Below, in pieces: positions 26,789 through 41,100 of a stretch of DNA of 64,000 bases. Position 1 is the first letter of the stretch. Every line of letters begins with the position of its first letter. The stretch covers positions 5,902,202 to 5,966,201 of the forward strand of contig CM082588.2 in the NCBI GenBank assembly GCA_040954595.2, read 5' to 3'. The translations under genes were made by a program, and so were the position numbers. The DNA is from Balanoglossus misakiensis. Lineage: Eukaryota > Animalia > Hemichordata. A model generated the notes under the pieces. The model did not search any database and had not been told where the DNA came from. It was given only the letters and a program-made list of their open reading frames with translations.

Positions 26789-27500
26789 TGTTACGACCCG
26801 CAGGCCGTCCAAGCCAAAAATATGCGGATAATATAGAGAGGCGAATTTACCTGACCGGGTGGCTTGTTTTACACCCGAACCGACCAACAGGCCGCAACAA
26901 AAGAAATGGTCAGAGACAGCACACGTACAACAAACCAGTCTATTTACCGCGTTAAATTAATTGCAGATACGAGTAATATTCACACTATGTTAACTAATAT
27001 AAAAAAATAAACTACAAACTAAACTCGAGCGTGACCAGGTGACCAAACAAAAAATCCTAACAAGTTCAAAGTTTCACAAACAGTTCGGTGACTAGACGCA
27101 CGACGATACTGGCCTTTCTGTCCATTTAACGCCAGCGTACAAGAGACAGCCATGTATTACCTCAAATACAGTTCCACAGTCACACGGAGACGCGCTCCCT
27201 CAGGACGGCACCCAAATTCCACGCGGCGTCCTCGGAAACACCCACCACGGCTTCACCAAGTCCCTTCGGCAGTTTCAATCTTCAGCTACCACAGTCGACA
27301 GGCAAACTCCGTACGGTGGGCTCCCAAAACTCCTCCAAGACGACGGCACATCAACCAGACCAGAATCAAAACGAGTCACGTGGCGCTGGGTGGCTTTTGC
27401 ATAACCAAAAACTAACACCTGGTCACGCTAATATGTTAAATAAAGAAATAAACATAGGTGCACCTGGCCACAAAAACAATAGAAAAACTTCTACGTAACA
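26789..27500. mobile_element. Solo LTR of an LTR retrotransposon (Gypsy-like, 712 bp)
   Basis: Begins TGTTACG and ends CGTAACA (7-bp terminal inverted repeat with TG...CA ends). Flanked by the 4-bp duplication CATT (26785-26788 and 27501-27504). No internal gag/pol. Orientation not established. Confidence 0.8.
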
Positions 27501-30500
27501 CATTATTGAATTACAGATGTTAGTAATTAGAGCTAATTTGGTTCTCTGCTAGTTGTCTTAGTTTTGAAAGGCGTGAGTGGCGACGGACAGCCGAAATCAT
27601 CTAAGTAGAAACAAAAACACCGGGGGAGACATCATCCCCACCAGGAAAGATGTGACAACATCCACGTTCTCTCGGACGTGAAACACCAGAGGAATTTGTC
27701 GAACATAGCAGCATATGCAGGCTTTCACTAAGTATACATCACCTTCGCCAAAAGTGTCACTCTCTGCAATATTGATGAGTTGCATTTCATAAATTTTAGA
27801 TCACCCAAGTCGGGGAAACTTCAAAGTAGCCAGTTTTGTGGGTCTCACAAAGAAATGATAGCTCAGGGTGTCATTCATCTTTTAACGTCTACCCACAAAA
27901 ATCATCCGCATGCCCGCGAAAAAATGAACAGGCGAAGGCGGGTGTGTAGATCGACGTGCAGAAACATTTTCATAAGTTCCGGGTGGCGCGTTCGCTAACA
28001 CCATCACCAGAAATGTCTACGAGTTATTTTACCTCAAAATCAGTAAAGTAATTCTCAATACATGTACTAATCAGAGATGATCGCAATTACTTGACTGCTT
28101 CCAAAACACCAATATGAGATATATTTTTTACGTTTTTCTTCTTTTTCTCAGCCAATTCACGCACCCCAAATAACTGTAAGGTGAATTTGAATTTGGTGTA
28201 TGAGATGGTAATCTCGGATCCGTACCCTTATTTCTTTCTTCGTACAGGAGGACGCATTCAAGTCACATGGGATAATAAAATCCTCAGTACGCGCCACAAC
28301 AAAATGACCATCTAATTCTGACGAAAGCTAATATTTAGGCCATACTAGGGGTTACTACTGACTTCATATTTTATGCGTGTAATGATCCCATGAAAATGAC
28401 TTTTTTTCGCATTTCTGTGCTTTCATTCCTTGTCGTGAGAAACTAAGACCCATAATGAGATAATCGTGACCACGCAGATGAAGTTTGTGTCTCAATGTCA
28501 AATCTAATTACGGGTGTTGACACTTCGCGTTGTTGTAACCTTCCGACAGATTGTCAGAATACTCCGCGTGGAAGGACTTAATCTGAAAGTGAGAATTCTC
28601 GTTTTTTCGCGAATCCTGGGGACACAGCTCTTCTGGTGCGCTGTGCTTTCATACAGACAGCGGCTCAGAATGCTGCAGAGGTCCTGCAGGACCACGGCAC
28701 CGCAAACGCAACAAAACGCACAAGGAAATGAAATTTATCACCGACAGGGGAACGGATTTTAGAGTAACTTGGGAATAGTTGGCATTTTGTCAAAAAACAT
28801 ACACTCAGAAAAAAACATCTGATACTTTAAAAAAACTATTCAGGATGCGTTTCTCGAACGTGCTAATTTTGTCGAATTTTTAAAAAGATTTACTTCCGGC
28901 TGAGCGTAAGCTTTCACGGTGAAATCATAGTTTTCTTGTTGGTCAATGCTTAAGAAGTTGCGATTATATTGATACGACGATTGAAAACATTATCTTTGCA
29001 TTTTATCCAGCTACTGACATTTCTATGTAAACACAACAGAAGGAATATTGAAAGAAACCGTTTGAAACTGTGGACTGCTATTGTCTATTTGGAGGTTTGA
29101 TTCAGATGAAATACTTCGTTGTCTTTTTGAGTTGGAAGACGTACTTTTTTGAGAAATCAAAAAGCGCTCAAATGAAATGTCCGTTTCAATTTGATACAAT
29201 CTAAGTGTATTGAGTGTAGTCCAGCCATTTGCTGTACCAGATTATGAGCGCGAATTGGCCATTAACCGTCTGCTAATTCGATTGGCGGGAAATGTGGAAA
29301 GGAAACCCGGGCGTAAACAGATCACTTGTCGAGTGACGAGTTCTCCAATGCCATGATTGTATTTACCATTCAATTTAATATGGGAAATAAAATATGTATA
29401 TTTCGATTAAATAACCGGAGCGAAATTAACGGAATTCGGAATCAGGGGTGGGCGAGAAAGTCTCCCCGGGGGACTCGCATCCACGTGATGTCATCTTTTC
29501 CCCCTCTTGCATTTGAGAAATTGGCGGTGGGATAATTATTTCGCACTCAGCAATCAAAGCCGTTGAAAGCCGATGGGGTTAGTTTTTTTGTCCGTCGACG
29601 AACTCCTGGCGTTTCCAAAGCTCTCCGGCGATAATAGTGAAAGATACGGTGTCGCTCAAAACTCCACCTCGTCAAGGGTGCTCATTGACAGGGCTGTTGT
29701 TTGAAAAAAACGCATCGTCATCTACTACACTGGCGGACCTCTCGAATGCTTATGTCACGAGCGCGTGTGGCCCCTTTTAAGACAAGTTAAACCTGACTAC
29801 CAATTACACCTACGATCGAGAACAATTTGGTAACGTTAACTGACCAAAACTGCCGACGGGCAAAAAGCACGGGAGAGGGAACACACTCAGGGTTAGCCTC
29901 GTTATGGGCAGCATGAATAATATTGCAAATGTTCCAGTGGAAGGAGGAGTGACTTCATCATGCCCAATTGTCAAATGTGCTCGGGTGTCCTGAGCGATCG
30001 CCCGCCTCGGTGAAATACAAATTAATTGCCTTCTTGTCGAGCCACGCTAATTCCTCAGATCGTCACCGTCAGTGGGCTTTTCTCCGGGCCCCGCTTGGCC
30101 ACTTTACCGGGGCAACCTTATCATTTTCGACGCTAGACGTCTCGCCCCTTCCCTCTGCTCATCAGCGTCAGATTCTGACGTTTAATGAAAGTCATCAGGA
30201 TGTTGCGATTCATCAGATCGGGGATGGCTTTACCACCCGGTGTCGGGGGATTTCTCCGCTGAAGTGATCATTAGCGAGCGAGCCGTGGCTTCTCTCCCCA
30301 GACCCGACGGTACACGAGCCTTAATGGTCACTGAATGCAGGCCCTAATAGCAGGCCTGGCAAACTCGCAAAAAAGCGAGAGGTTGCCAACTTTCACTGCT
30401 CCCCCCCCCCCCAAATCGCTCTCGCGACTCCTGTAACAGCTTGGCCCCTATTTGTAATGCTAATCTGCCGACGATTATCAAGAGATGTCGGCTAAAATCA

Positions 30501-32051
30501 TAGACAATCCACGCTGATGTCTTTTCAGTCCTCTTTAGAATTCTCTCCTCCCCCATCGATATTTCACTTTCTGTTCTTCATCCTCGCAGGCAGCGCGTTT
30601 CCAGGGCAACGCTCTCGCGACGCGCTGCGGAGAGAGAAACAGAAAGTGGAGCAAACCGCGCGCCCTGTCAGTCATTCCCGGCAACTAGGTATACACTTCG
30701 CCAGTTCTGTATTTGGGATTGAACTGTCAGAAACGTCTATAACAAAGTTTTTTTATCTCTCTCTCTTTTTCTCGAGAATCTCCCTGTCTCCATCAGTTAA
30801 GCTTTTGAATCTTTCATGATTCAGACATTCGGCAAGACTGGGAAAGATTAAATGGATCCCTCTCGGTTCCTGTTGGTTTTCCACGCTAATTGTGGGGAAT
30901 TTCTGATTATTTCCTACATTCCCTACTCTTCAGTGCCGCTCTTACCCAAGTTCAGCTTAATCGCTTCCTCCATCGTGACACCAGCGAGTTTCAAATTTCC
31001 TTCCCATCTCTCCCAGTGCATCAGGCGCCGGAAGTCGATCGCAAACCCCTTCCCCGTTTTTACCTGTTTTTATGGGAATTTAACTGTGAGTGCTTCCCGG
31101 TCGTAATAGACATTTAAATGAAGTTGTAACCAATATGTATTTTGCACATTTCCACATCTCAACACCCGACCCGTGCACATTAACCCCGAGTGGTCCAGTT
31201 GCATGTGCAGGTATGCCTTATTTGTCGATTAAAAAAAAGTAATAGCCCCGCCAGTAACAGGGGTTGGAGACTCAGCGAAGGCGCACAATCAAGGAATTCC
31301 TCATATTCATTTACTTTGCTCAAAAACTGACGCGTTTTAAATTACAGGCACGGTCACGTGACCCCCACAACACAGACAGCGAACAAAAGTAAAAGAAATT
31401 GGGAATATTACAGACAATCGCGACCATTGTGTGCATCGACAATTTCTCCGTGCTGGCAGGTGGAATTTGATCATTTTTTCTCTGTGAACGACAATTTTTG
31501 TAGTGATGTAATCCCGCGTTAGGACGAGGCTTCTTTCAGAAGGTTCAAAATTATGGCGCTATTTGTCTGGTACGTGCAACAAGCTCGTAACACTGGGTGG
31601 ACTGGTTTACTTGTGAATGCACCATTTGTGGGAATTATTATGAAATTTGAGAGCTGGGAGAATTTAGTATTCCCTGAATGTAACATCATGAGTGCTATTT
31701 CTATTGGAAGCTCTTTCCTACCTATTTGCTCTAATGCCCCGGCCTAGGTCACTTACACGAGCAATTCCTACCGTCGATGGTATTTCTTTAGGAAGGGACA
31801 AACAAGGAGATATAAACCAGCGTATATCTCAAACCTATCATTTTTATCGCGAATCACTGTTTTCCGTCTCCCCTGAAATAAATTTTAAGCCAAACGATAA
31901 AATAAACAGTCTCGTTCATAGATATCTTGGACTTCAAACATTGCTATCTGTCCGCTACATCTTCACACCTCGTTCATAGAGATAACTTTAAAAGGTACTT
32001 TCAAAGTTGTGATTATACCGTGTATAGAGTGATTCCATTGTCTACGATTAT

Positions 32052-32070
32052 ATCATCATCGTCGTCGTCG

Positions 32071-32137
<67 letters not shown>

Positions 32138-32151
32138 TATCATCATCATCA
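32052..32151. repeat. (TCA)n/(TCG)n trinucleotide microsatellite
   Basis: About 33 triplets. Explains the poly-Ser ORF 31927..32316. Confidence 0.97.
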
Positions 32152-35100
32152 AACTTTTTTCAAACACAGTATTCTTGGTTAGCTAAACTTGTATTCAAGT
32201 TCTCCTACAGTAACGTCGTTTGTTTCGTGTCGACGGCAACAGCCATTCGTCAGACATTTTGTTCCTACGTGTTTGATTTTCCCTGTTTGTTTCGCTCGTT
32301 CACAATAACACGATAAATGCTTTAAATGCTCGCGCTAGATCACTCATCTTTGAAAAACATTAGCCTGTTTTAAAGCCTTCTATACACTCCCATGCGCAAG
32401 AAAATGCAACTTTTAAAAATGTATTACCCCGCCTCAGTGTCGTCTGCCGATGGTTTACGTCACCTTTTAACCGCAGAATTATGCAAATTTCCACAGCGCT
32501 ATTTGGCTCGCGGAAAAATATGTGTGAATGGAAAAAGCAAAGTCCAAAGCGATAAACGAGGACAAAATTAGAAAATTCGTAAAAGAATAAATTGTTCTAT
32601 TCCTGTACGTTAAGCCCTCTTGGTTAGGATAATAAAAGGGTTATGAACTTTACGTAGCAGTAACCCGTACTTAGCTGGCTTTGATTAACTGCCTTTAATG
32701 GGCATTATAACGTTAAGAACAATTTCCATTGATGAGATGTGTTGTGATATTCTGTCAACGAGGCACAGATCCGACCGCACGTCGACATCTCGTATTAGGC
32801 GGGGAAACTTTGCCGTGAAAGGGTTACACTCTGGGAAATTTGGGAATAATTTTGAGTCAGGTCGATTTATGCAGGCATGACTGCTCCGGTGAAACCAAAA
32901 GATAAATTCTCGCTGTAAAAAAATGAGAATATTTACAGTTTGTGATTAAAATTGTCAAATATTGGTTGTTCGGTCCCGACCGACCGGCTACTGTGTACTG
33001 TATTGCTTTAAAGTAATATGGGTGCCGTCGTGACTTTTGCTCACGTAAACCTTTTATACACCCATATGTCAACGAAAATAATGAAAACATCAGCGAAGGT
33101 AAATATGGGGACGCAGCGAAGCCCTTTGTGGTATGAATGACTCAAAGAAGGCGCTCCAACTAAACGCCGCTCAATGGCCACAAAACTCTCATGAAATTAT
33201 TTGTCTTCTGTTTTAAGCCACGCATTCTGTTGTGCATTGTGTTCATATATGTCGATCTGAATTACAGCATTTCATAAGTTACTCCCCAATGCGTGTTAGT
33301 CGCCTACAGCATGTGTTATAATTTGTGTATTCCATTTGTTCAAGTGATAGCCGTATTGGCAGACAAACCCCAACGAAAAACCATTAGACGTCCACTTTGG
33401 CATCTTGACTCGACATCCACCTGGCACAGGTGAAAAAAGCGAGCTTTTATAGCCCACAGGCCTCCAGTTATTTTTCTCTGGCGCAGCCATTTTGCGTTTT
33501 TCGTTCTCCATATTGTCTCTTCAGGTTTTTTCTTAAGCGTTGAAATCCTCCATAATACACCGCATTCACCGCGGGCAATACATACTAGCTCACATGGCCG
33601 TCCATCCATCAAGCACTCGCTCTGACTAAAGAATGCGCTCTCTCGCTTTCTTTCCTCGGGTTACTCTCAGAAAGTATTCTCAGTTGGAATTTTCCTTTTT
33701 TCATTTTATACTTTCCCTTAATTAATGATCTCATACAGGCTATTTGCGCGAGGTTAAATGTTGTTTATTTTAGACATTGAAAGTACGAACCATTTTCGCT
33801 CCTTTGTGCCGAGGGTGCTGTTTGGTGTATTACAGACGATTGGCTGTCTCCGTGCTAAGTCGACATGCTCGAATAGATAGTTCGCGGTTGAATTTTTACC
33901 AGACGACAATTTCTGTCTCTTTTTCATCGCGACGAGGATTTTAGAACATCTCTGTTCTCGTTTGATGCGAGAACATTACAAGCGAGTTTTATGACCGATT
34001 CTTATCAAATGGGCGAAAAGTTAAGTAAAAATTACGACAAAAATATTTTTAACAAGAAAAAAGAGTCACCGACAGCGTAATCTCTGATCTGGAGTAGATA
34101 CGAAATTCAAATCGTCCGTCCGGGGGCAACTTCGTCCTCTATATAATCCGGCATCTTGTCTCCATCAATTCTGTCTGCCGTCTAACCTTCACATGATGCG
34201 TTCGTATAAAAAGAACCTTTAAAGCATAAAGGAGGGGTTCGTGTTTTCATTTACAACACTTCTCCTAATCTGCATTTGTTTAAAGAAAAAGGGCCCTTTT
34301 CTTTCTTTGCAGTCACCAATCTCAGAAGAAACACAGTCTTGCTTTTTTTCTTGACTGCAACGTTATGTCATAGATGCAGGAAAATTTTTCCCACCCCTGA
34401 CGAACGACTACCCCATTTATTGCGTTCTGATAGAAATAAAAGCACGTGGGATAAATTTTCTACAAAATTAAAAGTTGTGGAGAAAGCGGAGCATTTCTGG
34501 CTCGGTATTTTAGGTCACAGGACGCAGCGAAATTCATCCCTGAAAACAAATAGTCCAACCAGGGGCGGCTAAGCAAATACTTCTTTGTTCGGATTTCTTG
34601 GGCCACATCAAAATTCCAGCTTATTTCTGACACGAGGTCAGTACGTTGAAACCCGCGTGTCAAGCTTTTTTGTGGCGCCTTGGTCTCTCGGAAAAGCAAT
34701 CCGACCTCACAGGCAGTGGAACTTGGGATCAGGCGATACCTGCACCCCTGTCTTTTCACAAGGCGAAGAAGAGCGTTGTGGTAGTGAGTGAACTGGTTGC
34801 AAAGTCTCGCTGACCCGGCCATGTTGTTTTGAGGAAGACGCCGTGAAGCATGAAGCGAGACCCCAATCGTCAAGAAGTAAGGCAATTTCTGACAGAATGG
34901 AACTCTTTGTCAGAACTTTTGCCGCACCATGTCTACTCGTAAGAGGTAAGCGAACATTCGAGGTACAAGAACGCAATGTCCGTTCAGGACTGATGACATA
35001 TGCAAGGTTATGCAAATCTGGTTACATAATATTAAATCGTTCCCCAAAAAATTAGAAGCTATTTTCCGTGTGAAAGTTCACATAAGTCTTAATAATTTCA

Positions 35101-38100
35101 CACCAGGAATTGTGCGCAGGTAGAACATGGACTTGTTATGGAAGTACCTACTTATAGAGAACCCATGAGCACGCGTTAGTCATATAACACTAGATGAATG
35201 GCCACGCCGAAGACCAACACTCCTCGAAATGTATTCCTTGATCATTTTGGCTGTGTCTCTGATTCGATAGTACACAGTCGAAATAACAAGGGCTCTAGAA
35301 ATTCATGATGTTTCTCGGATCGTTTAATTGGATAACACACCAAATCACGACAATTGAGTCGAGTTTACAAGCCTTCATTCACCAGACGCTGATTGCACAT
35401 GACAGTTTGATTCCCATCCTACTTTGAAATTCAAATCAACCGAAAGTTGTCGTCTGACTAAAAATATTTCCCGCCATTCAAATTTCGAAAGAAGCTGTTG
35501 AATATTTCATATTATTTCTACATCCTTGGCGGTGCACTTCAGTCGATGCAATCTTTGAAAGTCGAGTATATTTTCCGTCAAATTCAGTCCTGCTTGTGAC
35601 ACGAATATGAACCCACATGCAAATACGGAAGCAGCACACATTTGCCATACATATTTAAAAGGATCAATATGTGTATTAGAACAGTGACGTATCCGATTCA
35701 TTTGTAAAGAAAAAAAGAAAAACAAAATTTCACATCATGGAATACTTAACAAGTGAAATCCAGAGAAACAACGAAATTTGAAACACAGCCTATCAAGTTG
35801 AGTGGCATTGAGTGGGTACACCCTGTTATTCTCCTGCCTTTTGTTCTGGGTGCTATTAATAGCGCGCTAAAATCTTACCACTTTTCGTCGTTTCCTCAGA
35901 AATTTCTTTTAAAAATCTGGAAAAAACTTCGATTGGTATCGACTAACTCGTTTCACGATGAAGAATCAATCAAAAAATGAAAGTTTTTTTGTTCTTAGGC
36001 TGTGCCCGAGCGAGACTTTGAGTAGGAGTTGGGACAATAATGAGGTTAAATGAATGTCCTATAATCGATTGCACAAAAAATCACCACCTTTCACTTGGCG
36101 CTGCTTTGCACCCAGCTGACATAGCTCGTAAATTCACTCGTCTGAAACCCCCCTAAAAACGTCCCAGCAGTAGTAACCGAATGAGGTGCTTACCTGAACC
36201 CCTCATTGGGCGCGGCGCGGGCGCGTGGAGTCGGCCATTACGGGACGAGCGACAGAATGTGACTTCTTCGCTGACTTTCTGACAAGTTTGGCAATTGGCG
36301 CCCAAGTGAATGACTCCGGAGGAGCTGGTGTCTTGCTTACAGAACATAGGGGATAAAAACAGGAATACAAACAAGCCATCAAATAGGGACGCTTGAACGC
36401 CTTTGTTCCATACATGGCCAGCAGAATTGTTCTTTTCCGTTCGGCATAAAGTACACTCAAAAACCAGACTAAGAGATTTGCCAATAGACTTTCCTGGCTT
36501 TTTGAAAAGGTTTTAATAGCGGCCAAGCATTGTCCTTTGAAAAGAGTTGAAGCAGGGGTTATAATCTCTCAGTACCCCCAAAAAAGTTTGGAAAGTGGAA
36601 CTATGCTGGGCGACCGTCTTGTTTGGTATTCCATCGCAAACCACACTTAGTTAAAACTCATGTAAGATGCATGTAGTGACGGTGCATACCATTTACTCTG
36701 AGTGGCGTTTTTGCGTCGTATAGCCGCGCTGAATGCGGCGTAGTATAACATTACGGACTGTTTTGCATTAGAAGGGGCCTGTTGTATTGGCTATACCGGC
36801 CTGAGACACGGCAGTCAATGGGTCCCACACAATTCTCTCTCTCTCTCTTTGCCAGCACTTTGGACTGTTTTTTGTCCCGCTTCCCGAAGAGACACCCAAC
36901 ACAATTGGTCGCTTTGTGCCCAGTGAGAGAGGGTCCTTGGCTCTCAGAGAAGCTATCAGCAAACAAGCTGTCGATCAGTCAAAAAACACACACACAGTCA
37001 CCGACCACAACAGTCGATTGGCGTTCCATCCAGCAAAGACCCCCACCGCCGGCGGACATTTTTACACCGGGCCGAGTATGCTGATCTGCGCCGGAGATTC
37101 TGAAGGTATAGTATCTTATATTCCCCCAAGAAACGGACACAATGGGAAAGGGAATCCTTGCCCATTTCGCCTGAGTGCTGTGTGCGCACTACACAGAAGT
37201 AGAATCTGTAGATTGAGCTTTTTTTTTTGTAAATCTAACCGGCGGCAGTACAGCCGATATGACCTGCACCAGAAACAAACAACACGCCCTTCAAGACTCT
37301 TGGTCTTACAGTTTATTCTGTTGCACCAACGCTGTCTTCTTTTAGCAAAGGTTAGAGTTCATTTCCTCGCAGTAGTCTTGTAGGTTTCTCTCTTGTGTGC
37401 GGTGTTTATGTGTTCGTCTTTTTTACTGAACGTGGGATGGGCTAATCTTCGCGTTGGTGTGTGCGCAGGTGTGGTGGGGGTGTGCTTAGAACCACTGAGA
37501 GTAAAAGTGGACCGCGTAGTCGCGCGGATCACGACAACATTATCCTAGAGTTGGCATTTTAGAATTTCAGTAAGGAAAAAGAGCTTCGCGTCAGAGCTCT
37601 GCGGCTTGAACGTTACTGACAGGGGTGCAGCGAACGGTCGACCCCAACCCGAGCGTGCTTTGGCGTCGGTACTGAAGGGTAAAATTCGATGTGAGAACGT
37701 TCACTGCATCCCCGGGTCTCCGCCTTGCTCTCTTCTTGTTTTCATGAATTTTTCATCTGCTCGTCTTGTGAAGTCGCCGATTTGCGCGACTGGACGTGGT
37801 TTTGTGAATTCTGCCTCAATGTGACATGTCCATATTGCGCAGAAATTTACAACACTCAGGCAGCTCGTTGGCCTTTCCCCCCAAAGTTCAAACTCGTTTG
37901 GAGCACCTTCCGTCGTACTTGTAGACCATACGTCAGCCGGGCCCAAGATCACTTTTAGTAGAACACACAACGGAACGGAGTAAATTCAACTCTTGTCAAA
38001 CTCGGTCGAAAAGTCCCTTCGGTGCCATGCGCGTAAATCAACAACGTTCAACGTGGAGTTTCCTTAATTTCAAACCTTCTCAAAGTGCGGGTAGCCTTGA

Positions 38101-41100
38101 CTGTTGACCTAGAAGAAACTCTCTATAGAAACCACCGCGATTGCAGAACGTTCTGATGAAAATACGGCATTTTTCTAAACACAGCGAAAACTTTCTCAGT
38201 GTAGAATTTATATCCTAGATTACAAATTGTGTATTTTTGTCAATTCGATCGCGAGAATATGTGATTCTTTGACTAGTTTACGTTACAGTGGTATTTTTTG
38301 CTATGGAAGTGACAATAGCAGTAGGCCCAGAACGCGAAATGACGAGAGCTGTGTGTTTGTATGTGTGTGCTCGCGAACAATCAGACATGCAGTATTCATT
38401 AGGGGAGACTGCCAAGTTGACATGTCTTTGTTGATAAACATGAAGTTTGTCTACCTGTCAGACAAGTATGCAGATTGTTCAGACTAGCTACTGAAATAGT
38501 CACCTATTCGTCTTTTACTAGAGTGACGCTATCCACCACTCCCCCATTGTTTTGTTCGGCATTTTTTATAGCTGATATATGTTTTTTTACAACCGTGATT
38601 ATGGTTGCCTGTTTCTCAAAGAGGACGCACAGTTTTGGTGGCCACGGCGTTGCTTGCTGGTGATGGACGCGCGCGGGCAAAACAGGACGCAAACTATAGC
38701 TGCCTCGAGAGACAGTAAATAGGTATATGACCAGACCTAAAAATATAACAAATTTTAAAATAAGTCTCCGCATGGATGGACGGAAGCGCGACCAGGTTTC
38801 GCAGTTCAACGGGGTAAAAAATAAAAATAAAACAGAACAAGTTCAGACATCCACGTGTTCGCGCCTCAACTATTAAAACGGGAATCGATAGTGATGTGAA
38901 TTTTTTTTTGTTCAGACAGTTGCTTCAACCGCTGGACCCGTACAAATATGATTTCAGGGTAAACGGGAGTCGTGGAGACCACTTTCACCGTTCAGATCGC
39001 GTCGATCCACGACGGACGCAGCGACGCGATCCGCGCGCATTTTTTCTCTTCATCCCCCATCCCACACCGGCGCGCAGTTTTTATCGGTTAACGACGAAAT
39101 GATGCTCTGCGTACGGAGCGTGATTATGTCACCGGCGTTGCCGTGATGCGACGGACGGCTCATATGATAAAAATCTACCCGCTCAAATAATGATTTTGCT
39201 GCCTATATACTTCTGGGTGTAAACAAATAGCAGAGGCCCATCAACGCAGCGCAATACCATGTCATCACATGACTATGACATCCCACTCTATCCTTCAACC
39301 AATGGACCAATTATACCCTGTTCTTTGCGAGGCAAACAGAAAAAGAAATTAAACAATGAATAATACATGTAGTGGAGATATGTAAACTCGTGAAATTGTC
39401 ATTTTTTTCACACAAAAAATGATAAATCATTCATGTTAGCGACCGGTGACAACAACACATCCGTGTTGGACTCGCGTTGGATTTGCTGGTATGTGTTATG
39501 TAACGAAGCGGAGGGGAAATTAAGCAACTAAACCCAGAGCACACTAGATTCCGCATCTGTTGAGAATATCACAACTGGCGCAAATCAATTTCCATCGTTT
39601 ACCGTCCAGTCGACGAGATCGAATTTTAATTCAACTAAACGTCGAAAATTATGATCTATATCGTACATATATTTTCATCAGAGTGTAAACGCCTTCAGAT
39701 TGAAATAAAACCCTCGAATATCTGAGTAAATCTTCAATCATTGACTAAACTGGCAGATGAATAGGCCGCCAGATGCCAAACAATTTCCTCGTTTTGAGTC
39801 TATTTTTGTGTCTGTATTTTTCACTTTATTTCGGGTATTTAGAGATAGCAAGGTTTTATTTATTATCTGAGAGAAGGCGACAATTGGGCATATTTTTGGG
39901 TGCCATGTTGTTAAAATTAAACCTGTACACCATCACCGTTCGCTTTCTACACGTCTGTTCTCGAGTCCAACCTTCCAGTATACCACATTTAGTGGGTACG
40001 ACTACAGAAGATTTTGGCCCGGAATGATATTTTAAAATGATACATGTATGTCAGAAACGGCTTAGTTAATATCATTATTCTACTTTATTCGTCACCTAGT
40101 TTCTATGGTAATGTCGTCTCGTTATTCAGTACCGTGCAAAGTGTCCTTTCAGCTTGTCTATTTTTCGCAGCGATGTGAAATCGAAACACTACCGTTATAT
40201 CACAAGATAGAATACCACAAGAAATGAAAGTTACAGCAGTCTTACAGCCAAATCTGTCGTCAATTGCATTTTTATTACCCAGACTATAAATCTAACGATT
40301 TGTTACACGGCAACTTTGCTTCCAAGAAAAATTTATTTAAATTTATTTAAAATTATGTTTTGTTTTGGTGCGGTTGAAGGCGAGCGGAAAGTTTGAAGTG
40401 GCTGGTGCCTGGCGGAGGCGGCGCGCAGACGACAAGAGATGATTTTTTTTACCAATAATATTTTCCGAAATTGCTGAACTTTGTTCACTGGAACATAAAC
40501 AGAAGATCACCGAACAGACACTGAAATGGGGGTTTCTGCTTTGCTATATCGGATCGCCAGCGGAGTCTCGTCTGCGCAAGTCATCAGTGAGCTTAGGTAT
40601 GCCTCCGGGCGCTCACCGTATATATTTTATACAGCGATTAGTATTCTTCGGCTAATTTGGAATCACCCGAGAAAAAAAATCGAAATTTCAATAATTCTCT
40701 CGAAAAGAACAAAAAGGGTTCGTGCTTACTGAAACAACAATGCGCCCCATTCATCTCAAACTGTGCTATGGTTCCGGGCGAAATGCGTTTGATTTTCTGA
40801 AAGATGAATTCCGCTGCAAGCCAGCGTTGTGCACGATCTTCGTATCTTTGGCTACTCGCTGGAAGTGAAAGCTTCTGATTTGCAAAAGCCCGCTGATTTT
40901 TTGGGGGGCTGAAAATGGGCTTAGCACTCAAATGGAGAGCCTGTACCTTCTTTTGATGGGTTGTCTGCAGTGTGCTCGGTTCTTTGGCGGGTGGAAAGCC
41001 TGCTGGACCGAGTTGTATGCACGCGGTGGACAAAGCATTGGAACGAACACAGCTAAAAAAGAGCGGTGCTGTTGGTAGTTATTTCAAGCCGATGTACTTG

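Noticed and set aside
31927-32316. Poly-serine ORF
   Set aside because: Artefact of the (TCA)n microsatellite.
38995-39031. 10-bp inverted repeat GATCGCGTCG/CGACGCGATC, and short palindromes at 16366 and ~59844
   Set aside because: Short, no flanking duplication, and compatible with chance.
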